In this document: positions 19,356 through 29,558 of the stretch, in pieces
Numbering within the stretch: position 1 is the first letter of the stretch
Layout: each line of letters starts with the position of its first letter
Source of the DNA: Candidatus Altimarinota bacterium
GTDB lineage: Bacteria > Patescibacteriota > Gracilibacteria > UBA1369 > GCA-2718715
Reading direction: 5' to 3'
Length of the DNA stretch: 64,000 bases
Assembly (NCBI GenBank): GCA_041242255.1
Contig: JBESAV010000001.1
Location: 160,001 to 224,000, forward strand
The notes under the pieces: generated by a model
Database searches by the model: none
The model's input: only the letters and a program-made list of their open reading frames with translations
Told to the model about the DNA's origin: nothing
Position numbers and translations under genes: made by a program

Positions 19356-20892
19356 TTTTCAAAAACCTTTTTACATGATGCTCAAACCCAGTGTACTTGA
19401 AAACACCCAACACCCAAATAGCAACCATATAAACCATAGCTCCAGCTCCAACAGCAATTAAAAATTCCAAAACTCCCAAATATTCACCACCAATTACAAA
19501 CTTCAATGCATACACCACACCTCCCATCATTAAAACCGCTAAACTCATCTTACTAAAGTCACTTCCAAGCCTTAACCAATCCAAACTCACAAACTTTCTC
19601 AACAAGCCAAACAAAATCAAAACCTGAACCACAAAACCTAATGCATAGGCCCATCCAAACATACTTACCCCATACTCATAGGCAAAACCATAAACTATTC
19701 CAATATTAACCAATACAAACATTACTCCTCCTAAAAGAGGTAAAACCGTATTTTCAAATGCATTAAAAACTCTCACTAATAAGTGATTTAAACTCTCAAA
19801 ACTAATCGACAACGCAAAAACCATCAAAACCATAGAGGTCATTCTCAAATCATTCTCATCAAAAGCTCCCCTATTAAATAGAACATTTACGGCATCAGAA
19901 GCCAAAATCAAAAGCCCAACCGAAGCCGGCAACGTAAACACAAGTATCCTCAAAATTGAATCTTCAATTTTCAACCTAACTTTCTGCATATCACCTTCAG
20001 ACCTAAGATCAACCAAAAACGGGAAAACTGCAGTTGCCAGAGCAACTCCAAACATACTCACAGCAAAACCCTGCACATTCCTTGCATAATTAAAAGCAGT
20101 CACACTCCCATCAACCAGCCCAACACCCACAATATTGTAAACCAACAAAGAAATTTGCAAAGTAAACAAACTCAACATCTTAGGCAATGAAAGCTTAACA
20201 ACCTTCCAAATCTCAGGATGCCAAAACTCAAACTTCATCTCAAACCCATCTATAAATAAGTAATCCACAAACCGGATCAAAAAGTGCAAAACCAAACCAA
20301 TCACCGTCCCATACACAACCGAATAAACCTCATAACTTTCACTAAACAAAATCAAACCAATAATTATTCCAACATTATAAAACGAAGACGACAACGCAAA
20401 CGCCAAATAATGCTTAAAACTATGAAGCACAACCCCCAAACTGTTACTCAAAGTAAACAATATCGGTGACAACAAAAGCCATCTCGACATACTAACCAAC
20501 ATCTCCACCTCACCTACCTGAAGATCTTTATAAAGCCCAGTTACAAGCTGAGGCATAAACAAAAACGCCAACAAAGAAACACCCAAAACTAACATTTGCG
20601 ACAAAAACATCCAAGCTCCCATCAACTTCTGCCCCTCTCTTTCATCCTTAAGATATACTCTCCTAAAAATAGGCAACAAAACTCCCATCAAAGCCCCAGC
20701 AGTAGTCAAAGTATAGATATTATCCACCAAAGCTATAGAGGCATAATAAGCATCGGTTTCTCCACTAGCTCCAAAATATCCTGACATTATTACATCTCGA
20801 AAAAATCCAGCAACATAACTCACCAACGTTGCCACCGCCACAATCAGGGAGGCCATACCAAAACTCGATGGCTTGAAAACTCTACTCAGCAA
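19348..20892 (-). CDS. murJ: Lipid II flippase MurJ (MviN)
   Basis: GFFRD...YFGA...TDAY, ALATAVFP, LFNRGAF motifs; multi-TM. Confidence 0.9.
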   Translation of the reverse strand: MLSRVFKPSSFGMASLIVAVATLVSYVAGFFRDVIMSGYFGASGETDAYYASIALVDNIYTLTTAGALMGVLLPIFRRVYLKDEREGQKLMGAWMFLSQMLVLGVSLLAFLFMPQLVTGLYKDLQVGEVEMLVSMSRWLLLSPILFTLSNSLGVVLHSFKHYLAFALSSSFYNVGIIIGLILFSESYEVYSVVYGTVIGLVLHFLIRFVDYLFIDGFEMKFEFWHPEIWKVVKLSLPKMLSLFTLQISLLVYNIVGVGLVDGSVTAFNYARNVQGFAVSMFGVALATAVFPFLVDLRSEGDMQKVRLKIEDSILRILVFTLPASVGLLILASDAVNVLFNRGAFDENDLRMTSMVLMVFALSISFESLNHLLVRVFNAFENTVLPLLGGVMFVLVNIGIVYGFAYEYGVSMFGWAYALGFVVQVLILFGLLRKFVSLDWLRLGSDFSKMSLAVLMMGGVVYALKFVIGGEYLGVLEFLIAVGAGAMVYMVAIWVLGVFKYTGFEHHVKRFLKNG

Positions 20893-20951
20893 ATCAAAAA
20901 ATTATTTACTCAATCATACCAACTCAACTCAAATAAACAACTTCAAAGCCA

Positions 20952-23447
20952 CTACTTAACCTTAGTCCCCTTATCCTCAATCATCTTCACACACTCCTCT
21001 AGAGTCAGGTCTTCTGGCTTAGTCCCCTTTGGCACAGAAACATTAGTTTTTCCATAATTCACATAAGGACCATATCTTCCATCCAAAACTTTAACTTTCG
21101 AATCCTTAAACTCTTTCAAAACTTTTTTCGAAGCACCTCTAGATGGCTTTCCTTCTTTTAACAGTTTCTTAGCTTTCTTCAAATCCATATCCCAAATCTC
21201 CTCAACCGCAACAGTGGCAGTCTTCCCTTCTCCACGGAGATAAGGACCATATCTTCCCACGTCAAACTTAACCTCGTCGCCAAGATCCAAAGGTAAAGAC
21301 AACAAGAACAAAGCTTTCTCCAAATCCACCGAACTAGGATCAACACCTTTCGGAATAGATTTCATCTTCCGATCTTTTTCTTCAGTCTCACCAAGCTGAA
21401 CATAAGGACCATAACGCCCTACTTTTGCATATACAGGCTTACCTGTTTCAGGGTCTTCTCCCATTGCTTCATCTTGATTTTCACCAGCTTCCAAAAGCTC
21501 TTCAACTTTAGTCATATCAAGCTCATCTGGTCTCAGATCTTCAGGCACAGAAGCCTTCACCTCTCCCTTCTCAATATAAGGCCCATACCTTCCAACTCTT
21601 AACTCTACACCAGATTCATCTAACTCCTCAATCGGAATAGTACAAACAGCCTTGGCATCAATATCCTGCTCAAGCATCTCAGAAAGCCCCTTATACTTTT
21701 TCCCTCCATAGTAAAAATCTTTCAAGTACTCTACTCTCTTTCTTTCACCTCTTGATATCTCATCCAAGAATTCTTCCATCTCAGCTGTAAACTCCATATC
21801 TACCAAGTGTGCAAAATGTTGCTCCAAAAGTTGAATCACACCAAATGCCATAAACGTAGGCACCAAAGCTTTTCCAGATTTTTGGACATAATTCCTCCTC
21901 AAAATTGTATCAATAATAGAAGCATACGTACTCGGTCTACCTACACCACGGGCCTCCAGCTCTTTCACTAAAGAAGCTTCATTATATCTTGCTGGTGGTT
22001 TCGTAGAGTGATCATTCAAAGTCAATTTCTCAAGATCAACCACATCTCCAACCTTCATCTTAGGCAAAATCACCTCATCACTAGCCTTCTTCACAACTCC
22101 TTCAGCATATACTTTCCTAAAACCATCAAACTTAATCACCTTACCATTAGCCTGCAAAGTGTACTTTTCATCCTTATCATGAATCACCACAGCAGTACTC
22201 AAAAGCTCAGCTTCAGCCATCTGACTAGCCAAAGTCCTTCTAAAGATAAGATCATAGACCTTAGCCTGATCTGCCGGAACTTTCTTAGCTACAGCTGAAG
22301 GCATTTGAAAACTCTTCCCAGCTGGACGAATAGCCTCATGCGCCTCTTGAGCATTCTTAACTTTAGATTTATAAACTCGAGCCTTAGGTGACAAATACTC
22401 TTTACCGTATTCTTTTTCCACCAATCCCCTAGCTGCACTCAAAGCTTCTTTAGATAAGTTAATCGAGTCAGTTCTCATATAAGTAATATAACCATTTTCA
22501 TATAATCTCTGCGCCAACTGCATTGTCTGTCTTGAAGAAAAACCAAGTTTTCTGTTGGCCTCTTGTTGCAATGTACTAGTTATAAATGGTGCTGCAGGAT
22601 ACTGTTTAGTCGGCTTCTCATTAATATCAGTAACTTTATACTCAAGCTTCTTCATCTCTTTTAAAACTTCTTTCCATTCCTTCTCACTTTTCACCACTAC
22701 CTTCCCTTCTTTACCTTTCAAAAGCTCTCCAGTATTTGGATCAAAATCCTTAGTCGAAACCAATGAAACACCTTCAACCTCCTTCAACATTGCTTTAAAA
22801 GACTCTTTTTTCTTCATATCAGCCTCCACACTAAAATACTGAGCAGACTTAAATTTAATTCTTTCCCTTTCTCTCTCAACTATAAGTCTCAAAGCTGCAC
22901 TTTGTACTCTCCCAGCTGACAATTTTGGAGCAACTTTTCTCCACAAAATCGGAGAAACCTCATATCCATACAGTCTATCTAATACTCTTCTAGCCTCCTG
23001 AGCATGCACTAAATCATCATCAATATCTCTCGGGTTTTTCAAAGCGCTTTCGATCGCATCTTTTGTAATCTCATGAAAAGCCAATCTCTTCACCGGAACC
23101 TTTGGCTTCAGAATCTCAAGCAAATGCCAACTAATCGACTCCCCTTCACGATCCTCATCCGTTGCAAGATACAGTTCATCTGCATCTTTCAGTAAAGTCT
23201 TAAGCTTTTTGATCTGCTTTTTCTTATCTGGAGCAACCACATATAAAGGCTCAAATCCATTCTCAATATCAACTCCCAACCTAGACCATTTCTCTTTCTT
23301 ATATTTAGCAGGAATGTCCCCCGCCTTTCTAGGAAGGTCTCTTACATGACCAATACTCGACTCTACCACGTAATCTTTCCCAAGTATTTTACCAATAGTT
23401 TTTGCCTTTGCTGGCGACTCCACAATTACTAATTTCACAGATCTCAA
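20952..23447 (-). CDS. topA: DNA topoisomerase I
   Basis: LVIVESPAKAKTI, ATDEDREGE, SAGRVQS, ITYMRTDS, GRPSTYA; C-terminal GRYGPY repeats. Confidence 0.98.
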   Translation of the reverse strand: MRSVKLVIVESPAKAKTIGKILGKDYVVESSIGHVRDLPRKAGDIPAKYKKEKWSRLGVDIENGFEPLYVVAPDKKKQIKKLKTLLKDADELYLATDEDREGESISWHLLEILKPKVPVKRLAFHEITKDAIESALKNPRDIDDDLVHAQEARRVLDRLYGYEVSPILWRKVAPKLSAGRVQSAALRLIVERERERIKFKSAQYFSVEADMKKKESFKAMLKEVEGVSLVSTKDFDPNTGELLKGKEGKVVVKSEKEWKEVLKEMKKLEYKVTDINEKPTKQYPAAPFITSTLQQEANRKLGFSSRQTMQLAQRLYENGYITYMRTDSINLSKEALSAARGLVEKEYGKEYLSPKARVYKSKVKNAQEAHEAIRPAGKSFQMPSAVAKKVPADQAKVYDLIFRRTLASQMAEAELLSTAVVIHDKDEKYTLQANGKVIKFDGFRKVYAEGVVKKASDEVILPKMKVGDVVDLEKLTLNDHSTKPPARYNEASLVKELEARGVGRPSTYASIIDTILRRNYVQKSGKALVPTFMAFGVIQLLEQHFAHLVDMEFTAEMEEFLDEISRGERKRVEYLKDFYYGGKKYKGLSEMLEQDIDAKAVCTIPIEELDESGVELRVGRYGPYIEKGEVKASVPEDLRPDELDMTKVEELLEAGENQDEAMGEDPETGKPVYAKVGRYGPYVQLGETEEKDRKMKSIPKGVDPSSVDLEKALFLLSLPLDLGDEVKFDVGRYGPYLRGEGKTATVAVEEIWDMDLKKAKKLLKEGKPSRGASKKVLKEFKDSKVKVLDGRYGPYVNYGKTNVSVPKGTKPEDLTLEECVKMIEDKGTKVK

Positions 23448-23470
23448 TTAATTCCACTTTAGCTTACATA

Positions 23471-23479
23471 TTATCCACA
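23471..23479. promoter_or_regulatory. Perfect DnaA box upstream of topA
   Basis: TTATCCACA 24 bp upstream of the topA ORF. Confidence 0.4.
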
Positions 23480-23588
23480 CAAACTCAAAATAAAATCAAC
23501 TCATTAAAATCCACACCTCATTTTTTGCAACAAAAAAGCCCTAACAATAAAGTTAGAGCAAAATCTGAAACAAATAAAAAAATTAAAT

Positions 23589-24281
23589 CTAAAACCCCTT
23601 CTCTACATTAGGGATCTCACACTTACCACCATCTAAACCATAACACGCAATATTACCCTTAAAGCCTTTACCAGACTCTACAAGCAAATCATGTTGTTTA
23701 CGTACAAGCTCCATAGCCTCATCACAATCTTTAACTACATGGATATAATCCGTATCACCTTCACTGATCAAACCATCACGAAGCATAGTGTCATCAATCC
23801 AATCCAATAATCCTTGCCACATCTCACCGACACAAACAATTGGCATCTTATAAATATGACCAACTTGTATCAATTGCCAAGTATAAGCAAACTCCAAAAG
23901 AGTCCCTGCTCCACCTGGCGCCACAACTACAATATTAGAAAGCCTCATAAAAGCATCCAACCTAGTTGAAAAATACTTATGCTCCTCTTTTATATCTAAA
24001 TGCTTATTCATAGACTCCTCAAAAGGCAACTCAATCCCAATACCTATCGACTTCCCTTCTTCATTACCTTTACTTCCATCAAAATGACCACTATTGGCAG
24101 CCTCCATTATTCCAGGACCACCACCTGTCACCACATCTGCACCCATCTTCCCTATCTCAAAACCAAGCCTATAAATATCATCATAATATTCATTCCCAGG
24201 CTTCAATCTTGCAGAACCAAAAACCACAACTCTAAAATCCTCTCCTTTAAGCACAGAACTATCCGGCAACTTCTTCTTCAT
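23589..24281 (-). CDS. LOG family nucleotide monophosphate nucleosidase
   Basis: VFGSAR, TGGGPGIMEA, PGGAGTLLE. Confidence 0.92.
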   Translation of the reverse strand: MKKKLPDSSVLKGEDFRVVVFGSARLKPGNEYYDDIYRLGFEIGKMGADVVTGGGPGIMEAANSGHFDGSKGNEEGKSIGIGIELPFEESMNKHLDIKEEHKYFSTRLDAFMRLSNIVVVAPGGAGTLLEFAYTWQLIQVGHIYKMPIVCVGEMWQGLLDWIDDTMLRDGLISEGDTDYIHVVKDCDEAMELVRKQHDLLVESGKGFKGNIACYGLDGGKCEIPNVEKGF

Positions 24282-24327
24282 AAGTTAAATTTATTTATCT
24301 AACCATTATACCAGAAATATACTATTC

Positions 24328-24993
24328 CTAAAACTCAAACCTTCTAACTTCCCCATCTTCATAAGAAACCAAACAAGCATCAACCTGATCCATAAATATA
24401 CCAGTATCCACGACCCCTTCATGATCCATCAAAGCTTCTTCAAATTCATACAGATTCATATCCAAAGCATCCGGTCTGAACTGAACATCTACCAACATAT
24501 TACCAGCATCAGAAAACTTATCCCTCACACTAAAGTTAAGGTCCATCTTCTCAAACGACTTTACCAAAGCTCCAAGACCTTTCTCTTCAACTTCAACGGG
24601 TATCATTAAACCATCAAAATGATCTACCAATTTACTCATATCAACAATCACAACATACTCCTCACATTTCTCAGAAACTTTCTTTTCAAGAGTGTGAGCT
24701 CCTCCACCCCCTTTTATAGCCACACCACTATCAAGCTCCATATGGTCAGCTCCATCTACACCCAGATCACATGACTCAACCTCTTCAACCTCCTTCACAT
24801 TCATTTTTTTCTTTTTCAGAAAATCACGCACAACTTCAGAAGTAGGAACACATATAAAAGTCTCCGCATGCTCATGCTTAACTAAAAGCCTCAAAAACTC
24901 CATGGCAGTAGAACCACTCCCACATCCAATAGTCATCCCTTCTTCTACAAACTCCATTGCTGCTTTGGCCACGATTTTCTTAAGATTAATCAA
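24328..24993 (-). CDS. rpiA: Ribose-5-phosphate isomerase A (start probably TTG 24993)
   Basis: GCGSGSTA, DGAD, IKGGGGAHTLEK; the longer ORF extends into the tRNA terminator. Confidence 0.92.
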   Translation of the reverse strand: MINLKKIVAKAAMEFVEEGMTIGCGSGSTAMEFLRLLVKHEHAETFICVPTSEVVRDFLKKKKMNVKEVEEVESCDLGVDGADHMELDSGVAIKGGGGAHTLEKKVSEKCEEYVVIVDMSKLVDHFDGLMIPVEVEEKGLGALVKSFEKMDLNFSVRDKFSDAGNMLVDVQFRPDALDMNLYEFEEALMDHEGVVDTGIFMDQVDACLVSYEDGEVRRFEF

Positions 24994-25024
24994 ATCAATA
25001 AAATTAATAACAAAAACAGAATAA

Positions 25025-25050
25025 CAAAAAAATCTCCTCAAAGGGAGATA
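25025..25050 (-). terminator. Terminator after tRNA-Asp
   Basis: ATCTCC stem around CTTTGA loop, followed by a T-tract on the minus strand. Confidence 0.7.
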
Positions 25051-25053
25051 AAA

Positions 25054-25130
25054 TGGCGGGATCGACGAGACTCGAACTCGCGACCTCCTGCGTGACAGGC
25101 AGGCGTTCTAACCAACTGAACTACGACCCC
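25054..25130 (-). tRNA. tRNA-Asp (GTC)
   Basis: GGGGTCGTAGTTCAGTTGGTTAGAACGCCTGCCTGTCACGCAGGAGGTCGCGAGTTCGAGTCTCGTCGATCCCGCCA: cloverleaf, anticodon GTC, encoded CCA. Confidence 0.97.
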
Positions 25131-25252
25131 ATCTCTGTAAGAGCAAAGAGATTCTATCCAATTACCTCGAAAAGTCAAACCTAAATTCAATCACAAACCA
25201 AAACATTTCCCTTACACATGGACATCAAAATTATTTATGCTTAAATCATATT

Positions 25253-26371
25253 ATGAAAAAGACAAAACCTATCAAAATCGGAATCGACTGCAGAATGTAT
25301 TCCAAAAAATTCACTGGAATAGGAAGGTATATCAACCAACTAATCTTTCACCTATCCAAAATCGATAATACCAATCAATACTACCTCTTCTTAAACAAAG
25401 ATGATTTTCACGAACTCAAATCTCCATCCCCAAACTTTCACAAAATCCTAGTCAACGCACCTCACTATAGCTTCAGAGAACAAACAACTTTTCTTTACCA
25501 TTTATATAGACAAAACCTAGACCTAGTCCATTTTACAAATTTCAATCACCCACTCCTCTACCTAAAGTCACAAGTCACAACTATCCACGACCTAACCCTA
25601 AACTTCTACCCAGGTAAAAAGTTTCAATCCCCTATCTACAAGTTAGCCTACAAACTTATACTTTGGGCAGCCACCATCAAATCCAAAGCCATTATTACAA
25701 TCTCCAAAAACACCCAAAAAGACCTCCAGCAATTCTACCCTAAATCAAAAAACAAAACTCACATCATCTATAACGGTGTAGACCAAACATTTCTTAAAAA
25801 CACTCAAAAATCATCATTAAAACTTCCATCAGAATACCTCCTATATACAGGTAATTGGCGAGTACACAAAAACCTCATCAACCTAGTAAAAGGCTTTAAA
25901 CTACTCAAAGAAAAACACAACTACCAAGGCCAACTCCTCCTCACAGGAAAACCAAACCCCCTATATCCAGAAACCTTAAACTTCATTCAATCCCAAAAGC
26001 TACAAAACGATGTTCAGCTCCTAGGTCTCGTTGAGGAAGAAGAACTCCCTCACCTATACAAAAACGCCACAGCGTATATTTTCCCATCACTATATGAAGG
26101 TTTCGGACTCCCAATTTTAGAAGCATACGCATCCAAAACTCCTGTTTGCTGCTCAAACACATCTTGTCTTCCAGAAATAGCCGGTCAAGGAGCATTATTC
26201 TTCAACCCAAATTCTCCTCAGGATATAGCTAAAACCATCAACACACTCCTCACAAGCCCCCAACTACAAAAAGACTTAATCAACAAAAGCCAAAAACAAC
26301 TCAAAAAATTCAGCTTTGCAACTATGGCACAAAAGACCCATAATCTATATATAAGTTCAACCCACAAATAA
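25253..26371 (+). CDS. Glycosyltransferase family 4 (GT-B)
   Basis: TGIGRY, TIHDL, FPSLYEGFGLPILEA. Confidence 0.93.
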   Translation: MKKTKPIKIGIDCRMYSKKFTGIGRYINQLIFHLSKIDNTNQYYLFLNKDDFHELKSPSPNFHKILVNAPHYSFREQTTFLYHLYRQNLDLVHFTNFNHPLLYLKSQVTTIHDLTLNFYPGKKFQSPIYKLAYKLILWAATIKSKAIITISKNTQKDLQQFYPKSKNKTHIIYNGVDQTFLKNTQKSSLKLPSEYLLYTGNWRVHKNLINLVKGFKLLKEKHNYQGQLLLTGKPNPLYPETLNFIQSQKLQNDVQLLGLVEEEELPHLYKNATAYIFPSLYEGFGLPILEAYASKTPVCCSNTSCLPEIAGQGALFFNPNSPQDIAKTINTLLTSPQLQKDLINKSQKQLKKFSFATMAQKTHNLYISSTHK

Positions 26372-26688
26372 TGTTTCAAGATCTCCATGACCTATTACCT
26401 AAAGCAATCAAATCCTTAAATCTTGAAAAACAAACTGACGCCGCTCACGCTATTCACCTAGCCAACACTTTCCTAGATGAAAAATTCCCGTCAGACCAAA
26501 AACCTTACAAAATTATTTCTTTCCAAAAAAACATTCTAAAAATCTACTGCCACCACCCAATCGTAGCTCAAGAAATAATGTATTTAGGTAAACCCTTAAT
26601 TCAGTTCATAAAAAGAAAAGCCCCAAACCTGACCATTTCCCATATTCAAACTACAACCCAAACCCCAGGTAGTGAAAATATTAATTGA
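26371..26688 (+). CDS. DUF721/DciA-like protein
   Basis: Size and 'ISFQKNILKIYCHHPIVAQEI' pattern resemble DUF721. Confidence 0.6.
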   Translation: MFQDLHDLLPKAIKSLNLEKQTDAAHAIHLANTFLDEKFPSDQKPYKIISFQKNILKIYCHHPIVAQEIMYLGKPLIQFIKRKAPNLTISHIQTTTQTPGSENIN

Positions 26689-26712
26689 CAATCAAGGTTA
26701 AATTACTATACT
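26685..26712 (+). promoter_or_regulatory. Sigma70 promoter of rpsP-khpA
   Basis: TTGACA-16 bp-TATACT. Confidence 0.6.
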
Positions 26713-26743
26713 TACCCCGCATTTAGCATTTAACATCAGCATT

Positions 26744-27082
26744 TTGCTAGTAATTAGACTTCAAAGAGTAGGACGCAAAAATCTAGCAGCGTACCGAGTA
26801 GTGGTAGCGGAAAAAAGCCGTGCCGTTAAGAAAAAAGTAGTAGAAGTTGTTGGACACTACCAACCGACTCGCAATCCAAAAGTAATCGAAATCGACACAG
26901 ACAAAGTTACAGATTGGATTTCTAAAGGTGCAAAACCTTCAAGTAGCGTAGCTTCACTATTAAAAAAGCTAGGAATGAAAGATATGGATCAATACCTTTC
27001 TGCACCAACTAAAAAGAAAAAGAAGAAAAAAGCAACTGAAGAACCAGAAGAAGCTCCTCAAGAAGAAGCTAAAGCTGAGTAA
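26744..27082 (+). CDS. rpsP: 30S ribosomal protein S16
   Basis: IRLQRVGRK...YRVVVAE...W-GAKPS; TTG start. Confidence 0.96.
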   Translation: MLVIRLQRVGRKNLAAYRVVVAEKSRAVKKKVVEVVGHYQPTRNPKVIEIDTDKVTDWISKGAKPSSSVASLLKKLGMKDMDQYLSAPTKKKKKKKATEEPEEAPQEEAKAE

Positions 27083-27148
27083 TTCTTTCATTTTTCGAAC
27101 TGCTGCTGTACAGTATTACAGCATGATATTTAAAATATAAAAGTAAAG

Positions 27149-27454
27149 ATGACACAATTCAGAGACCAAGATTTTATAGAATTTATTGTAAAGAGTATCG
27201 TAGATCATCCAGAAGAAGTTGACATCGAAAGAAACGTTGACGAACTTGGTGTTCTTATCACTCTTAAAGTGAACAAAGAAGATATGGGTAAAATCATCGG
27301 TAAAGATGGTAAAACAGCCAAAGCAATGAGAGTTCTACTAAGACTAATCGGTTCTAAAAACGAAGAAAGAGTAAACCTCAAAATTCTAGAACCAGAAGGA
27401 AACGAAAACAACGACCTTCCAAATTCAGGACTAGATGACGACCTAGACCTATAA
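27149..27454 (+). CDS. khpA: KH domain RNA-binding protein KhpA
   Basis: DMGKIIGKDGKTAKAMR; canonical position after rpsP. Confidence 0.92.
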   Translation: MTQFRDQDFIEFIVKSIVDHPEEVDIERNVDELGVLITLKVNKEDMGKIIGKDGKTAKAMRVLLRLIGSKNEERVNLKILEPEGNENNDLPNSGLDDDLDL

Positions 27455-27459
27455 AACAT

Positions 27460-27482
27460 AAGCCCCTCACCGGGGCTTTTTT
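27460..27482 (+). terminator. Rho-independent terminator
   Basis: AAGCCCC-tcacc-GGGGCTT followed by a T-tract. Confidence 0.88.
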
Positions 27483-27534
27483 ATTTGCAGAAATTTTCCC
27501 AAATTGCTAAATTAACCTCAGTCTAAAAACAATC

Positions 27535-27945
27535 ATGATAGATAAAAGCCTTTTAGCTCAAGTGTACGTAAGCCAAGTTAGAGAAGGCTCACTTCTTGAT
27601 ACAGCTCAGACTCTTAGTCTTAAAGATATTATTAATAGAGGTATCGCCTACGCACTCCTAGCAGCAGGTTTCTTATCTATAGTCTTTATCTTCATCGGAG
27701 GTATTTCATTTATCACATCTGGAGGTAACGAAGATAAGATCAAACAAGCTGTAAGCACAATTCGTTACGCAATCGTGGGGCTTATCATAACAATCCTAGC
27801 AGTACTTATTGTAAACATACTTGGAAGAACAATAGGCCTAGATGTAACTTCCTACATTAGCTTCGACGAAATTGCCCGAATTATTCAAACTATTGCAGAC
27901 GAGATTAGAACAGGAGGATCTAGCAGCCCAAACACTTTACGATAA
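27535..27945 (+). CDS. TrbC/VirB2-like pilin (CPR-type)
   Basis: Two TM helices around FIGGISFITSGGNEDKIKQAVSTIRYAIVGL. Confidence 0.85.
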   Translation: MIDKSLLAQVYVSQVREGSLLDTAQTLSLKDIINRGIAYALLAAGFLSIVFIFIGGISFITSGGNEDKIKQAVSTIRYAIVGLIITILAVLIVNILGRTIGLDVTSYISFDEIARIIQTIADEIRTGGSSSPNTLR

Positions 27946-28356
27946 ACTAGAATACTTAATAGTATCTAAACATGCACTCTTTACGTTGCTCCAATCGTAA
28001 GGATATTTAAAACATTCAATAGCCTTAATCAAAGCCTCTAACTGATGAAAGCTAGTGTTCTTTTTATATTTAAAACTATTCCCCTGCTCTTTTTGTGGCA
28101 CGTAGTCAGTAAACCCCTTAACACCTTTCATAAGGACTGGAACTGCCTTAACCTCAGCTACAACTTCTTTTACCTTACCCTTTTTATCCCAACCAAAAAG
28201 CACAATATCAAACCCACCTTTCACATTCTTTAAATTACTTAAGTTCGAAATCTTACAATCATACCCCAAAGTCTGAACCCCTTCTAAAAACCAATCATCA
28301 AAATTCCCATACAACAATATCTTAGGCGCCCTACTTTTTGATTTTTTACCACTCAT
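27937..28356 (-). CDS. Hypothetical protein resembling the glycogen synthase C-terminal region
   Basis: VPV...DY-P-KEQGNSF-Y...EALIKAIE-FKYPYDW; no catalytic GT motifs. Confidence 0.55.
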   Translation of the reverse strand: MSGKKSKSRAPKILLYGNFDDWFLEGVQTLGYDCKISNLSNLKNVKGGFDIVLFGWDKKGKVKEVVAEVKAVPVLMKGVKGFTDYVPQKEQGNSFKYKKNTSFHQLEALIKAIECFKYPYDWSNVKSACLDTIKYSSLS

Positions 28357-28411
28357 ACACTAATCTGCTTTTAACTTATCAAATCATTATATCAAAAAAT
28401 AACTCTGAAGT

Positions 28412-29329
28412 ATGCCTAAACTCTTATTAATCGATGGAACCGCACTTGTCTTCCGAGCATTCTATGGTATACGAAACCCAATGATCAACTCACAAGGCCT
28501 ACAAACTAACGCAATATACGGTTTTTTCAATATTCTATTCAAATCTCTAAACACCTACCAGCCTGACTACTTTGCCGTATGCTTCGACCGTTCTGAACCC
28601 ACTAGAAGACATAAAGAATACAAGGAATACAAAGCAAACAGAACTAAAGCGCCTGACGAACTATATGCACAAATCCCCATCATTAAAGAAATCCTTAAAA
28701 AAGGAAAACTAAACCTTATCGAAAAAGCTGGCTACGAAGCAGATGACATTATAGCTACTATTAGCCGAGAAAATCACTCCCAAAATCTCGAGCAATACAT
28801 TTACTCAGCTGATTTTGATCTGCGTCAACTTGTAGCAGATAACATTTATATAATTAAACCTAGCTCAAAAGAAGAAGAAATAGTAGACCTCGAAAAATTC
28901 ATAGAAAAAAATCAAATCACCCCAAAACAAATCCCAGATCTTAAGGGCTTAAGTGGGGACCCTTCCGATAACTTACCTGGAGTAAAGGGAATAGGACCAA
29001 AAACAGCCACCAACCTCCTCTTAAAGTATCAAACCCTAGAAAATATTTTTGCAGAAATCGACTCTATCAAAGGAGCCACCAAAAAAAAACTAATAGAACA
29101 AAAGGAAATCTCCCTACTCTGCAAAAACTTAGCAAAGTTAAACTTCGAAACTCCAGTACCAACTGAATTATCTCACTACGACAAATTCAACATAGACACT
29201 GAAGCAATAATTCAAGAGTTCGAAAAAATAGAATTCAAAAAATTAATCAGCCGACTAAACTACTTATCTAAAAATCTAAAGCTAGATTTACAACCAAAAC
29301 TAGATCCAAAACAAACCACCCTATTTTAA
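28412..29329 (+). CDS. Stand-alone 5'-3' exonuclease / flap endonuclease (PolA N-terminal-like)
   Basis: LLIDG, YKANR, YEADD, GDPSDNLPGVKGIGPKTA; no polymerase domain. Confidence 0.93.
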   Translation: MPKLLLIDGTALVFRAFYGIRNPMINSQGLQTNAIYGFFNILFKSLNTYQPDYFAVCFDRSEPTRRHKEYKEYKANRTKAPDELYAQIPIIKEILKKGKLNLIEKAGYEADDIIATISRENHSQNLEQYIYSADFDLRQLVADNIYIIKPSSKEEEIVDLEKFIEKNQITPKQIPDLKGLSGDPSDNLPGVKGIGPKTATNLLLKYQTLENIFAEIDSIKGATKKKLIEQKEISLLCKNLAKLNFETPVPTELSHYDKFNIDTEAIIQEFEKIEFKKLISRLNYLSKNLKLDLQPKLDPKQTTLF

Positions 29330-29558
29330 TCTGTAAATCAACAGTAAAATATCTTAAACACATTTAAGTCTCTTTCGCAAACCATATAAAATTTGATTCA
29401 AATACAACCAACAATTTCTAAATTCCGCTTCCATAAGACCTCCAGATTGAACACAAAAAAATAACACCACAACCGATTAATCAAGTCGATTGTACAAAAT
29501 AATTTGTCACTAAAGGGACATTATAGTAGATTAATTGCACAAGTAAATTCACCTAAAA

